A stretch of 64,000 bases of DNA from Deltaproteobacteria bacterium (GCA_033763315.1 JANRKS010000019.1:459311-523310), one strand, 5' to 3'; numbered from the stretch's first letter, positions 20,803-31,148 are shown. Notes: generated by a model from the sequence alone, not told the origin. Program-made: numbers and translations.

Positions 20803-22260
20803 ATGAATCGAGTGAGTCTTAGCCTTCACGCCGCATGTGCTTTTGCGGTCTTAACTCTTGGTTTCACGGTGCCGTCTTTCGGCCAGGAAACGGCGGCGCC
20901 GGAATCCGATCCTGCATTGCAGGCGGCCAAGGCGGAGTTCGAAGAAGCGCAGCGGTTGTTCATCAAAGAACAATTCGATGGCGCGGCGGCGAAGTTCGTG
21001 GCGGCTTTTGAGAAGAAGCCCTACGCGGCTTTCTTATTCAACGCCGCCGTTTCGTTCGAGCGCAGCCAAAAATGGGAATTGGCGATCGATTATTTTCAGC
21101 GCTACATCGACCGCAACCCCGAGGCCAAAGACAAGCGTGACGTTGAACTGCGCTTGCAAGGGTTGCAGCGTGTGCTGACCGCCAGCCGTGCCGCAGCGGC
21201 GCCGCAGCCCGGCCAGGCGCCGGCGGCTCCCGCGGAGGTGGCGATGTTGCCTGCGCTTGAGACGAAGGGCCTGGTGATCATCGATTCGAAACCGCAGGGC
21301 GCCACGATTTACCTTGAGGACAAGAAGAACGGGCCATTGGGCACCACGCAGTGGCAAGGCTCGTTGGAACCTCGCCCGGTCAAGATCATCGTGGAAGCCA
21401 AGGGTTTCAAGGCAGAGTCTCGCTTGATCAATCCCCGGTCAGACAAGATCGTGGATGTGTACATCGCTTTATCCGAGGAGCACTTCTTGGGGTGGGTCGA
21501 GATTGCGTCGAACGTCGCGGGCGCTGACGTTTACCTCGACAAGAAAGAAATCGGCGCCATAGGCCGTACGCCCTACACCGGCCACATCAAACCGGGCAAG
21601 CACATGCTTTGGGTGGAGAAGGCAGGGTACGGATCGGTGCAAAAGGAAATCGAAGTGCAGCCGGGCACGGCCACCACGCACATCGTGGATCTCGCGAAGG
21701 TTTCCGTAGGCTGGATTGCAGTTGTGGGCAAGAAGAGCCGGGGCGCAAAGCTTTACGTTGATGAAAAATTCGCCTGCGACACGCCCTGCCAATACGAGAC
21801 CACCCCTGGCAACCACGACGTGCGCGTGGAGCAAGAAGGCATGGAGAACTACGAGGCCAACCTGCCGGTCAAGCAGGCCACGCAAACCTTGGTTGAGGTT
21901 CAATTCAATCCCAAACCGCCGCGCACGCGGGCCTGGACCACAGCCGTGCTGTCGGCGGCATTTTTGGGCGGCGGCATTTATGCCGGTCTGCAAGCCAACG
22001 ATCGCGAAGATGGTTTGAAGAAAGACATCGCGGCGGGCCGCCTCATCGATAACAACGATCCGCGGGTGAGTGAGGGAAAACTTTGGGCGATTGGGGCCGA
22101 CGTCGCGTTCGGGCTTTCGGCCATCACGGGGATTATGTCGGTCTACAACTTTCTTCGTTCAAACGACGCAAGCAAGGCTGAGCTCGATGAGAAAAATGTG
22201 GCGATTACACCCGTAGGAATGCCTGGTGGGGCAGGGCTCTTCGCCTCGGGGAGGTTCTAA
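20803..22260 (+). CDS. Secreted TPR + PEGA-domain protein
   Basis: Signal peptide, TPR-like helices (FLFNAAVSFE..AIDYFQRY), three PEGA-like repeats (DSKPQGATIYL, SNVAGADVYLD, GAKLYVD), C-terminal ..LFASGRF. Confidence 0.8.
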   Translation: MNRVSLSLHAACAFAVLTLGFTVPSFGQETAAPESDPALQAAKAEFEEAQRLFIKEQFDGAAAKFVAAFEKKPYAAFLFNAAVSFERSQKWELAIDYFQRYIDRNPEAKDKRDVELRLQGLQRVLTASRAAAAPQPGQAPAAPAEVAMLPALETKGLVIIDSKPQGATIYLEDKKNGPLGTTQWQGSLEPRPVKIIVEAKGFKAESRLINPRSDKIVDVYIALSEEHFLGWVEIASNVAGADVYLDKKEIGAIGRTPYTGHIKPGKHMLWVEKAGYGSVQKEIEVQPGTATTHIVDLAKVSVGWIAVVGKKSRGAKLYVDEKFACDTPCQYETTPGNHDVRVEQEGMENYEANLPVKQATQTLVEVQFNPKPPRTRAWTTAVLSAAFLGGGIYAGLQANDREDGLKKDIAAGRLIDNNDPRVSEGKLWAIGADVAFGLSAITGIMSVYNFLRSNDASKAELDEKNVAITPVGMPGGAGLFASGRF

Positions 22261-22263
22261 ATT

Positions 22264-23652
22264 ATGCGTCGTCTAATACAAACAGTGTGCATGGGTATCG
22301 CCGCCACGTCTTTGAGCGTGGGGTGTGATTGGAAGAAGCTGGATGACGCCGTGGAGAAGGCGCCCGTATTGAGTGTGGGTGCGCCCGGCGGTTATTTGGG
22401 CAACGACGTCGGTCGGCTGATCGTGGCTTTGCCGCCTCCAGCGGAGCGTCCCGAAGTGGCGGCACGCTTCTTTGTGGCGTCAATCACGAAGGTGGCGGCC
22501 GCTGTTGTGGAGCTTGATGCCAAGGGCAAGGCCACGGTGATCAACGTGCCCGACACGGTGCTGACGCCCTTGAACAGCACGCCAATCGGGTCGGTCGCTT
22601 TGGCTCTGCGGCCGGACGAGGCGTTTCCATCCGTGCTGTTGGGTGTGCCTGATTTCAAAACGGCCGAGATCCGCAACGGCGCGATGTTTAGGCTGAAGAT
22701 CTCCCCTGGCAATGTGTTCACGCTCGACGCTGGCCTTTTGCCCCCGCCCACTTTGGCCGTTGGGGCGAAGGCGCAGCAATTCTCGGGCATTCAAGGGTAT
22801 GGCCGTGGTGTGGCCTCGGGTAACGTTTCAGGCAATGCCGCTTTCGATGATTGGGTGGTTGCCGGGAACGCGGGCGTGGCCCTGATCGAAGATGGCGCTG
22901 CAAATCTGCCGCAGGTGCTTACGCCCCCAAGCGCATGTGCGCTTGACCTTAACCCCATTCGCTTGGGGCACCTTTACGAACTCTCGCGCGCGGTGGCCAT
23001 TGGCGACCTGATGGACTTGCCTGGTGGTGAAATTGCGGTGGGCGTGCCCGATGCCGTGGGCGCGGGCAAGGTCGTGCTGCTGCATCGAAGTGAAACCGAG
23101 CTCGGATGCCCCACCACCATCACAGTTCCGGGCAGCCCTAGCTTCGGTTCGGCCGTGGTTGCGGGCGATCTGAATGGCGATGGAAAGGCTGATCTCGTTG
23201 TCGGCGCCCCTCAAGACAAGGTCTACGTGTTCTTTGGACCATTTACGCCTGCGGTGCCGCCCACCCCAAGCTTGATCATCAACCCACCGGCAGGGGCGCA
23301 GGCCGCGGACTTCGGCGCGCGCTTGGCCTTGATGGAACTCGATGCCGCATCACCCGGCCCGGAGATCGTTATAGCCGCGCCCAATTACCCCGCGGGTGGA
23401 AAGACAGGCACAGGTGCCTTGTTTGTGTTCAAGGCGGACGGAACGCAATCGCCACTTACGATCTCAGACATCGATCCCGAAGCCAACAGCGGCCTTGGCG
23501 AAGCCATTGCGGTCGTACCGTTCCGCAACCCAAGCTGCGCCGCGGGGCCTGATCGACCTGTGCTTGTGGCCGGAGCGAATGAAGAAGTGTTCACATACTT
23601 TGCGTTGCCCGGGGCACTTCCGGATCCGCGCTGCTTCCCAGCCGCGAAATAG
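22264..23652 (+). CDS. FG-GAP (integrin-alpha-like) repeat lipoprotein
   Basis: Lipobox LSVGC; FGSAVVAGDLNGDGKADLVVGAP and similar repeats. Confidence 0.85.
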   Translation: MRRLIQTVCMGIAATSLSVGCDWKKLDDAVEKAPVLSVGAPGGYLGNDVGRLIVALPPPAERPEVAARFFVASITKVAAAVVELDAKGKATVINVPDTVLTPLNSTPIGSVALALRPDEAFPSVLLGVPDFKTAEIRNGAMFRLKISPGNVFTLDAGLLPPPTLAVGAKAQQFSGIQGYGRGVASGNVSGNAAFDDWVVAGNAGVALIEDGAANLPQVLTPPSACALDLNPIRLGHLYELSRAVAIGDLMDLPGGEIAVGVPDAVGAGKVVLLHRSETELGCPTTITVPGSPSFGSAVVAGDLNGDGKADLVVGAPQDKVYVFFGPFTPAVPPTPSLIINPPAGAQAADFGARLALMELDAASPGPEIVIAAPNYPAGGKTGTGALFVFKADGTQSPLTISDIDPEANSGLGEAIAVVPFRNPSCAAGPDRPVLVAGANEEVFTYFALPGALPDPRCFPAAK

Positions 23653-23706
23653 GCGCTATCGTATCGACGCTCATCCTCATATTCACCGTCACGCGCGGGG
23701 GTCGTT

Positions 23707-25068
23707 ATGCGCCTTGCGAGCCTTTTAGGCCCCAATCTCGACGAAAATCTATTGGCCAGCCCCGCTGAACTGGCGGAGCTGCTGGAAGAAGTTCACGCGG
23801 CGGATCTATCCGAGCTTATTGCCGAGCTCGAAGATCCGCCGGCGGTAAAACTGCTGACGAATCTGCCCCGCGAAGCTGTGGCCGAAGCGCTCGACTTCAT
23901 GGAGCACGGCCGGCGCGCCGAGCTGGTGGAGCAAATCGAACGCAGTGTGGCCGCTGAGTTGACCGACCTAATGTCGGCCGACGAGCGCGTCGACCTTCTG
24001 CAAGAGCTCGAGCCCGACGTTCGCGCCGACATCTTGTCGCGCATGGATAAGGAAGAGCGGCAAGACGTCCGCGACCTTATCAACTATTCGGAATCGAGCG
24101 CGGGTGGTCTGATGACCACCGAATACGTGGCTCTGTCGCCGGAGCTGACGGTGGAACGCGCCATTGAACAAGTGCGGCGGACCGCGGAAGAGAAAGAGAC
24201 GATTTACGAAGCCTACGCGGTGGATCCAAACGGAACCCTTGTGGGCGTGATTTCGCTGCGCCAGCTTTTGTTGGCGCCCGCCAGCCGCAAGTTATCCGAC
24301 TTGATGGAGCCCGATGTTGTATCGGTGCCGGTGGAGATGGATCAAGAAGAAGTGGCGCACGTGTTTCAGCGTTACGACTTGTTGGCCCTGCCGGTCGTCG
24401 ATTCGACCCACAAGCTGCTTGGCATTGTCACCGTCGATGACGTTGTGCACGTGCTCAAAGAAGAGCAGGCGGAAGACATCCAGAAGTTGGGCGCCGTGGC
24501 GGCCCCCGCGGGTTCATACTTTGACACCAGCTTTTGGACTTACCTTCGCAGCCGCGCCGTGTGGCTTGTGGTTTTGTTCATTGGGCAAAGCTTCACTGTC
24601 AGCGTGCTCAAGCATTACGGCACTGTTACGGCCACCGTGGTGGCGTTGACGTTCTTTATTCCGCTCATCATCTCGTCAGGTGGCAACACCGGAAATCAAG
24701 CAGCAGCGCTCGTGATCCGTGGCATGGCGCTGGGGGAGTTCGAGTTCGGCGACGCCGCCAAGATTCTGTGGCGCGAATGCCGGATGGGCCTGGCCTTGGG
24801 GGGCATCCTTGGGTGTTTGGGCATGGTGATGGCCGCATTCATCGGCAACCACGAAGGCGTTCGTTTTGCCTTGGCGGTTGGCACGGCCCTGGTGGCGTGC
24901 GTGACGTTGGGCTCTGTTGTGGGGGCCGGCATGCCACTGCTCATCCGGCGGCTGGGCCTCGATCCGGCTGTGGCGTCGGGCCCCTTCATCGCTTCGCTGC
25001 TCGACGTGATGGGCATCTTCATCTACGTCGAGACAGCCGTCTTGATGCTGGGCTTGGCCCGGCATTAG
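23707..25068 (+). CDS. mgtE: Magnesium transporter MgtE
   Basis: AGGLMTTE, CBS pair, GIVTVDD, PLIISSGGNTGNQ, DPAVASGPFI..D. Confidence 0.96.
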   Translation: MRLASLLGPNLDENLLASPAELAELLEEVHAADLSELIAELEDPPAVKLLTNLPREAVAEALDFMEHGRRAELVEQIERSVAAELTDLMSADERVDLLQELEPDVRADILSRMDKEERQDVRDLINYSESSAGGLMTTEYVALSPELTVERAIEQVRRTAEEKETIYEAYAVDPNGTLVGVISLRQLLLAPASRKLSDLMEPDVVSVPVEMDQEEVAHVFQRYDLLALPVVDSTHKLLGIVTVDDVVHVLKEEQAEDIQKLGAVAAPAGSYFDTSFWTYLRSRAVWLVVLFIGQSFTVSVLKHYGTVTATVVALTFFIPLIISSGGNTGNQAAALVIRGMALGEFEFGDAAKILWRECRMGLALGGILGCLGMVMAAFIGNHEGVRFALAVGTALVACVTLGSVVGAGMPLLIRRLGLDPAVASGPFIASLLDVMGIFIYVETAVLMLGLARH

Positions 25069-25077
25069 GCCGCCTCT

Positions 25078-26109
25078 TCAGCCGTTCTTTACGGTGTTCA
25101 CCAGCGCATCGACGGTTTCGAGAGGCGTATCAGGATAGATGCCGTGGCCGAGGTTAAACACGTGGCCTCGGCGTTGGCCTTCCGCGATGATGCTGCGGGC
25201 TTGGCGAACCACCTCGTTCGGCGGGCCCAGCAGCAGGGCGGGATCCAAATTGCCTTGAACGGCCGCATCGGGAGCGCCGCCCGCGGCCAAGCGGCGGCGC
25301 GCTTCTGACAACGGAATGTGCCAATCGATGCCGTACATATCGGCGCCCACTTTTGCCAGGCGGTCCAGCATCGTGGTGGCGCCGTTGGGAAAGTAGATCA
25401 CGGGCACGCTGGTGGCCTGCACGGCTTTCACCAAGGCCGTTGTGGGTCCCACCAAAAAGCGATCCCAATCTTCTACCGAAGCCACACCCACCCAGCTGTC
25501 GAAGATCTGAATCGCCTGCGCCCCGGCATGCACCTGGGCGATGAGGTAGGCCGCCGTGGCTTCGGCGATTTTTTCGAGCAACCGCTTGCTGGCTTCGGGC
25601 TGCGTGTAGAACAATCGCTTGGTCTCGACGAAGCGTTTCGATGTTTTGCCTTCGATGGCATACGTCGAAACCGTAAACGGCGCGCCAGCGAAGCCAATCA
25701 AGGGCGTGGGGCCAAGTTTGTCCAGCTCGGGCCGCAAGCGCTTGATCGTTTCCAGCACGAACGGTGTGCCCTTGGCAGGATCGAACAACGTGAGCCGGTC
25801 GACGTCCTCGGCGGTGCGCACAGGATTGGAGATCGCGGGGCCCTGCTCCGTGAACGACACGTCGAGACCCATCGGCTCAAGCGGGATCAGGAGATCCGAG
25901 AACAATATGGCCGCATCGAAGCCATAGCGACGCAAAGGCTGCAAAGTCACCTCTGCGGCGCGCTCCGGGTTCTTGCACAAATCCAGAAACGATACGTTGG
26001 CCCGCAAAGCGCGATATTCGGGCAAATAGCGGCCCGCCTGGCGCATCAGCCACAAGGGTGGTCGGTCAGTTGTTTCGCCTCGGCACGCTCGCAAGAACAG
26101 GGGTTGCAC
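25078..26109 (-). CDS. hemE: Uroporphyrinogen decarboxylase
   Basis: WLMRQAGRYLPEYR, ILFSDLL, QIFDSW, QGNLDP, FNLGHGI. Confidence 0.97.
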   Translation of the reverse strand: MQPLFLRACRGETTDRPPLWLMRQAGRYLPEYRALRANVSFLDLCKNPERAAEVTLQPLRRYGFDAAILFSDLLIPLEPMGLDVSFTEQGPAISNPVRTAEDVDRLTLFDPAKGTPFVLETIKRLRPELDKLGPTPLIGFAGAPFTVSTYAIEGKTSKRFVETKRLFYTQPEASKRLLEKIAEATAAYLIAQVHAGAQAIQIFDSWVGVASVEDWDRFLVGPTTALVKAVQATSVPVIYFPNGATTMLDRLAKVGADMYGIDWHIPLSEARRRLAAGGAPDAAVQGNLDPALLLGPPNEVVRQARSIIAEGQRRGHVFNLGHGIYPDTPLETVDALVNTVKNG

Positions 26110-26178
26110 AAAGGCTTTCTATCTCAGGCCCCGCGTAACGTCCATCAAGCTTGCCAGGGCAGGGGGCGGCGCTATGAA

Positions 26179-27159
26179 ATGGCGATGTCGCGATCTGTGC
26201 TTGTGCATGCAGTGGGGGGCCCCGAGGTTTTGCGCCTTGAGACGGTGGACGTGCCGCCCCCAGGGCCCGGCGAGCTGCGGCTGCGGCAAACGTTCGCCGG
26301 CCTCAACTACATCGACGTTTATTACCGCACGGGCGTCTATAAAGCGCCGTCACTGCCCTTCGTGGCGGGGCAAGAAGGCGCTGGCGTGGTCGAGGCCTTG
26401 GGCCCAGGCGTGCAAGGGTTCGCCGTGGGAGATCGCGTGGCTTACGCAGGGCCCATGGGCGCCTACGCACAAACGCGCGTCTTACCTGCAGACCGCGCCG
26501 TAAAGCTGCCCGCAGAAATCCCCGACGACGTGGCCGCCGCCATGATGCTCAAAGGAATGACGGCGCAGTACCTATTGCAGCAAACCTTCGCGGTGAAGCC
26601 AGGCGACGTGGTGTTGTTTCACGCAGCCGCCGGCGGCGTGGGATTGATCGCTTGCCAGTGGGCCAAGGCGCTGGGCGCCACTGTGATAGGCACCGTGGGT
26701 TCAGATGCCAAGGCCGCGTTGGCGCGCGCGCACGGCTGCGATCACACCATTGTCTATGGCCGTGAGAACTTCGTTGAGCGCGTGCATGAAATCACGGGCG
26801 GCAAGAAGGCCTCGGTGGTTTACGACGGCGTCGGCAAAGACACGTTCGATGGCTCATTGGATTGTTTGCGTCCGCGCGGCATGATGGTGTTGTTCGGCCA
26901 GTCGTCCGGCAAAGTGCCCCCATTCGATCTAGGCCTGCTTGCCGCGAAGGGCTCGCTGTTCATCACGCGCCCTTCGTTGTTTGCCTATACGGCCAGCCGC
27001 GCCGAGCTCGAAGCGTGTGCCAAATCGCTGATCGATGTGGTGGCACGCAAGGTGGTGACGATTCCCATCGGTGCCCGCTACGCGTTGGCTGATGTGGCGC
27101 AAGCACACCGCGATCTGGAAGCGCGCCAAACAACAGGCGCCAGCGTCTTGGCTGTGTGA
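26179..27159 (+). CDS. NADPH:quinone oxidoreductase (Qor)
   Basis: GGPEVL, GLNYIDVY.RTG, HAAAGGVG, YDGVGKDTF, KGSLFITRPSL. Start reassigned to ATG 26179. Confidence 0.93.
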   Translation: MAMSRSVLVHAVGGPEVLRLETVDVPPPGPGELRLRQTFAGLNYIDVYYRTGVYKAPSLPFVAGQEGAGVVEALGPGVQGFAVGDRVAYAGPMGAYAQTRVLPADRAVKLPAEIPDDVAAAMMLKGMTAQYLLQQTFAVKPGDVVLFHAAAGGVGLIACQWAKALGATVIGTVGSDAKAALARAHGCDHTIVYGRENFVERVHEITGGKKASVVYDGVGKDTFDGSLDCLRPRGMMVLFGQSSGKVPPFDLGLLAAKGSLFITRPSLFAYTASRAELEACAKSLIDVVARKVVTIPIGARYALADVAQAHRDLEARQTTGASVLAV

Positions 27160-27163
27160 TGTG

Positions 27164-28531
27164 CTAACGGCGTTGGCTTCCCGGCGGAGGCAAAGTGGCG
27201 GTGCTGGGCTTGGCGGAGCGGTAGAGCAGAGCCGCCGCCAAGCCCAACGTGGCCAGCACGAACCACGCGCCTCGCGGTGAAACAGTCTCGAGCAAGAACA
27301 CGCCCAGCACGGGCCCGATGGTTTGCGCGGCGCCTTGAAAAAGTCCGAAGATACCGGTGTAGCGCGCGACCTTGTCGGGCGGCGCCAACGCAGCAACGCG
27401 CGCTTGTTGTGCAGGCGCGGTCATGATCTCGCACAAGGTGATGAGGCCCACGCAGGCCAACAACGAGACATGGTTGAAGGCCAGCCCGCAGGCCGCGAAA
27501 GCCGCCATATAGCCCAAGGATCCGAACACCAACGTTTTCGCCGTGCCCAGTTTGCGAATCCACTGCACGGCGGGCAGTTGCAGCATCACAACCAAGATCG
27601 CGTTGAGCGTAAACAAGGTGCCCACCTGCGCGCGCCCGAGCCCCACGTACTTGGCCGCGAACACGGACATCATGTGATACATCTGCGTTTGCAGCATGAA
27701 GTAAGCAAACGATCCGAACAGGAAGCGCAAAAACGCGGGATCGCCACCGAACGCCAACATGTCGAAAAAGCTCGGTGTTTGCCGCGGCTTTTCGGGCCGC
27801 GTTTCCGGGATGAACATCGCCATCACGGGCGCCAACAAGGTGAAGGGCGCGCAGACATAGAAAAGGAAACTGAAGTCGGCGCTCGCCGCCAGCGTGGCCA
27901 CCAACGGGCCCGCCACCCAACCCAAGCTGCTGCCGACCCGGTGCAACGAAAACGCAGCCACGCGCTCCTCGCGCGAAGCGAGCGACGCCACCACGGCCCA
28001 CGCCACGGGATCATAGAAGCCGCGCAGGGCACCGTTGACGATCGTAAGCGCAGCGATGACTCCGAACGAAGCGCCATGCCCAAGCGCGTACCCGAGCAGC
28101 GCCAGGTTTGCCGAGCGAACAATCATCCCCGCCACCAACACCGGGCGGCGGCCCACACGATCGGCCAAGTGCCCCGCCACCCATTGCATGGCTGCACATC
28201 CCGCGCTCGACATCGCCCACAAGCCGCCGATGCGCAACACAGAGATGCCGCGATCGACCACCAAGTGCATCGCCAAAAACGGCATCACGACAGCGAAGCC
28301 CGCGGTGACCACGAAGCGTACGGCTGCCAGCAGCCAAATGTGCGCGTCCATCGCGGGGATCTGGATGACGGGTGCCACGGACGCAGGGATCGTCACGCGC
28401 CGCACGGGCGCTGCTTTGTGGGGGCCAGGTGGCGCGTGCTGAGGCGGCCCCTCATCACGTAGGGTGTCGGTGGCGCGAACAGGCGCCGGGCCTGGCGGCC
28501 CCTGTTTTGCGCCGGGCGCAGGAAGGCTCAC
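27164..28531 (-). CDS. MFS transporter
   Basis: GHLADRVGRRPV motif A and about 12 hydrophobic segments; start uncertain. Confidence 0.88.
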   Translation of the reverse strand: MSLPAPGAKQGPPGPAPVRATDTLRDEGPPQHAPPGPHKAAPVRRVTIPASVAPVIQIPAMDAHIWLLAAVRFVVTAGFAVVMPFLAMHLVVDRGISVLRIGGLWAMSSAGCAAMQWVAGHLADRVGRRPVLVAGMIVRSANLALLGYALGHGASFGVIAALTIVNGALRGFYDPVAWAVVASLASREERVAAFSLHRVGSSLGWVAGPLVATLAASADFSFLFYVCAPFTLLAPVMAMFIPETRPEKPRQTPSFFDMLAFGGDPAFLRFLFGSFAYFMLQTQMYHMMSVFAAKYVGLGRAQVGTLFTLNAILVVMLQLPAVQWIRKLGTAKTLVFGSLGYMAAFAACGLAFNHVSLLACVGLITLCEIMTAPAQQARVAALAPPDKVARYTGIFGLFQGAAQTIGPVLGVFLLETVSPRGAWFVLATLGLAAALLYRSAKPSTATLPPPGSQRR

Positions 28532-28570
28532 GAAGAGCGCTATCGGCAGAACCGGCGAGCCTCTTGATCG

Positions 28571-29047
28571 CTAGACGGGACCGTAACGGCGCACTTCCAC
28601 ATACAGTTTTTGCGTGTCATCCCACGCAAATTGCACCGAGCCACGCACCCCATCGGCCTGCACGTCCACCACCAGATATTCGACGGGATAAGCGGGCTCG
28701 TCACCCATTTTTGCGGCGGCTTGATCGGTGTCGCTGAAGTAGGCGCCCACGTTGGCGTGGGAGTGGTAAATCAGCTTGGCCGGCTCGTTGCCGCGCAGGC
28801 TCTTTTGCAAGCGGAAGATGTCGCCCGTATCGAAGTTGTAGGCGGTGTGGGCGTCGCGAGAGAATTGGACCGGATCTTCGGCGTGCAGATCATCTTGAAT
28901 GTTGCGGCAGATCTGGGCGCGGTTGGCGTCTGGGGCATCCTTCGGTCCAAAGATGATGCCGCAGCACTCTTTCGGATATTCGGTGCGCGCGTGGGCGTAG
29001 ATCTCAGCCAGGGCGTTCGTGGCCACTACCGGATGTTCGTTCGACAT
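28571..29047 (-). CDS. JAB/MPN+ (JAMM, Mec-like) metallopeptidase
   Basis: YPKECCG and IYHSHANVGAYFSDTD, a canonical E..HxHx7SxxD motif. Confidence 0.93.
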   Translation of the reverse strand: MSNEHPVVATNALAEIYAHARTEYPKECCGIIFGPKDAPDANRAQICRNIQDDLHAEDPVQFSRDAHTAYNFDTGDIFRLQKSLRGNEPAKLIYHSHANVGAYFSDTDQAAAKMGDEPAYPVEYLVVDVQADGVRGSVQFAWDDTQKLYVEVRRYGPV

Positions 29048-29056
29048 GTGGGTGTT

Positions 29057-30100
29057 CTAGCGGGCGGGCGTCGTTTCGCTTGCTTGGGTTTTGGGTGACT
29101 CTTGCGCGCTGATGGGCGCCTCGAAATAGCGATCCGCGCGGTCAGGGAAAACGGTGACGATCACGCCTTTTTGGCCGGCCGCATGCAGCTGCTTGGCCAA
29201 GCGAACCGCTCCCGCCAAAGCCGCGCCTGAGGAGTGGCCCACCAAAATGCCGGCCTCGGCGCCCAACCGATCGCTGACGTCCCATGCCTCATCCGTTGGC
29301 ATCGACAGAACGCCTGTGAGCTGGTCGGGGTGATAGATCTCGGGCACAAGTGAGCTCGCCATGTGCTTGAGCCCTTCGAGGCCATGCAAGGCATCGTCGG
29401 GTTCCACTGCCCAAATCTCGACTTTGTTGTTGTGTTCGCGCAGACCGCGGCCGGTGCCCATGATGGTGCCACTCGTGCCAATGCCGGCAACGAAATGGGT
29501 GACGCGCCCTTGCGTCTGCTCCCAGATCTCTTGCGCGGTGGTGAGGTAGTGGCCACGCGGGTTCGATTCGTTGCCGTACTGGTCGGGATAGAAGAACTTT
29601 TCTGGATGCTCACCCACAAGCCTGCGGCACAAGCGAATCGCGCCGTCTGAGCCCTCGAGTTCCGACGACAGCTCAAGGTGGGTGCCAAACGCTTCGGTGA
29701 TTTTCCGACGCGCCCATGACACGTTGCCAGGCAAAACCAGCGTGATGGAGTAACCCAGGGCCGCACCGATCATTGAATAGGCAATGCCCGTGTTGCCCGA
29801 CGAGGCATCGATGAGCGTGCGATCCTTTGTGAGCCGTCCGGCCGTCACGGCGTCGCGAATCATTTGGACGGCGGCACGATCCTTGACCGACCCGCCTGGA
29901 TTCATGAATTCGCACTTGGCCCAGATCTCCACGCCGGGAAAGTCTTTGTCGAACGAGCTGAGCCGCACAAGCGGCGTGTGGCCGATAAGCTGCGTGACGT
30001 CGTCCGCCACGCGCGCACGAGCGCGTTCAACAGCCAGTTCGTCCACGTCGTAGTCGAGCGTGGAAGGTATGGATGACGGTGCGAGGGAAGTGGTGGCCAT
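29057..30100 (-). CDS. Cysteine synthase family protein (CysM-like)
   Basis: IGHTPLV, NPGGSVKDR, SSGNTG, GIGTSGT, GLEGLKH, GHSSGA. Confidence 0.92.
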   Translation of the reverse strand: MATTSLAPSSIPSTLDYDVDELAVERARARVADDVTQLIGHTPLVRLSSFDKDFPGVEIWAKCEFMNPGGSVKDRAAVQMIRDAVTAGRLTKDRTLIDASSGNTGIAYSMIGAALGYSITLVLPGNVSWARRKITEAFGTHLELSSELEGSDGAIRLCRRLVGEHPEKFFYPDQYGNESNPRGHYLTTAQEIWEQTQGRVTHFVAGIGTSGTIMGTGRGLREHNNKVEIWAVEPDDALHGLEGLKHMASSLVPEIYHPDQLTGVLSMPTDEAWDVSDRLGAEAGILVGHSSGAALAGAVRLAKQLHAAGQKGVIVTVFPDRADRYFEAPISAQESPKTQASETTPAR

Positions 30101-30125
30101 GGTGACGCGAGGGTGAATGTGAGGC

Positions 30126-30815
30126 TTAAGGAGCGGGCCAAGCGATGTTATGCGTGATTGGATGGTTTTCGCGCGTCGAAAACGGCACGTTTAGGTGTCG
30201 AATGACGCCTGTGGCCGCGGCTTCGGCAGACACACCCGGGCCACGGCCAAGCAAAGACCACAACACTTCGGTTGCGGCCAGGGTGCCCGCCAACACGTCG
30301 GTGCCGTGATCGATGGCAGACACATCCGACTGTGGGTGACTCGGCCCGGGCGGCACGCTGGGAACGTCGCTGTCGGGGCCTCCCGGCGCCGGTCGGAGGG
30401 ATAGCAGGTCTAAAGCGCCCGAATCTTTGCGCCACCGGGCCACAACGGCGGGGACGCGCAGGCGTCGGCACGCTTCCACAAAGGAATCGTCCGCAAAGCT
30501 CGCCCGCAGGGCTACATCGCACCCGGCAAGCGCCGCAGCCCACGCCGATCCCGCTGAGGCGACTTTGACTTCGTCAAAGCGTGCAGCCGGGGCAAGCGCC
30601 GCCAGCGATGAGGCGTCCGCCGCGGCTGGCAGCAGCACCCGGAAGGCCCGCACGCCCGCGCACGCCAAATAAAGCGTGGCCGTCTCAAGGGCCAATGTGC
30701 CCTCGGCGTCCACAACCAACGCCACCGTTGCGTCCAAAATGCGTTGCTGGCCCCTGGATCCCACTTCGGGAAGGGCCACATGACGGATGAAACGGCGGGC
30801 GTCGGCGAAATCCAT
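30126..30815 (-). CDS. Degenerate (non-catalytic) ThiF/MoeB-family protein
   Basis: Keeps RRFIRHVALPEVGSRGQQRI, YLACAGV and LAGTLAATEVLWSLLG; lacks GxGxxG, SNLxRQ and both CxxC pairs. Confidence 0.75.
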   Translation of the reverse strand: MDFADARRFIRHVALPEVGSRGQQRILDATVALVVDAEGTLALETATLYLACAGVRAFRVLLPAAADASSLAALAPAARFDEVKVASAGSAWAAALAGCDVALRASFADDSFVEACRRLRVPAVVARWRKDSGALDLLSLRPAPGGPDSDVPSVPPGPSHPQSDVSAIDHGTDVLAGTLAATEVLWSLLGRGPGVSAEAAATGVIRHLNVPFSTRENHPITHNIAWPAP

Positions 30816-30872
30816 GGCAAGCACAAGCCGCCAACCTACTTTGCCGGGCGGGGCAGAGCAGGGGCTTTGGTA

Positions 30873-31148
30873 TTAGCGGCCGCCAGCGATCGCGGGAACG
30901 ATCGAGATTTCGTCGCTGTCTTTCACAGCGGTTTCAAGATTCTGTTGAAAGCGAATGTCTTCGTCGTTGGCGAAAATATTCACGAAGCGACGCACTTTGC
31001 CTTGGTCGTCGCAAATGCGTTCTTTGATGCCGGGGTATTGCGTTTCAAGCGACGCAATCACCTGCGCGATGTTGGCGCCGCTGGCCTGGACTTCCTCAAG
31101 ACCGTTCGTGAGCTTGCGAAGTGGTGTGGGAATGCGGACGGTGGCCAT
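30873..31148 (-). CDS. MoaD/ThiS/CysO-family ubiquitin-like sulfur carrier
   Basis: VRIPTPLRKLT..RRFVNIFANDEDIRF..EISIVPAIAGG-R. Confidence 0.95.
   Translation of the reverse strand: MATVRIPTPLRKLTNGLEEVQASGANIAQVIASLETQYPGIKERICDDQGKVRRFVNIFANDEDIRFQQNLETAVKDSDEISIVPAIAGGR

Noticed and set aside
25318-26178. 613-aa version of the quinone oxidoreductase
   Set aside because: The extension is antisense to hemE; Qor similarity begins at about 26179.
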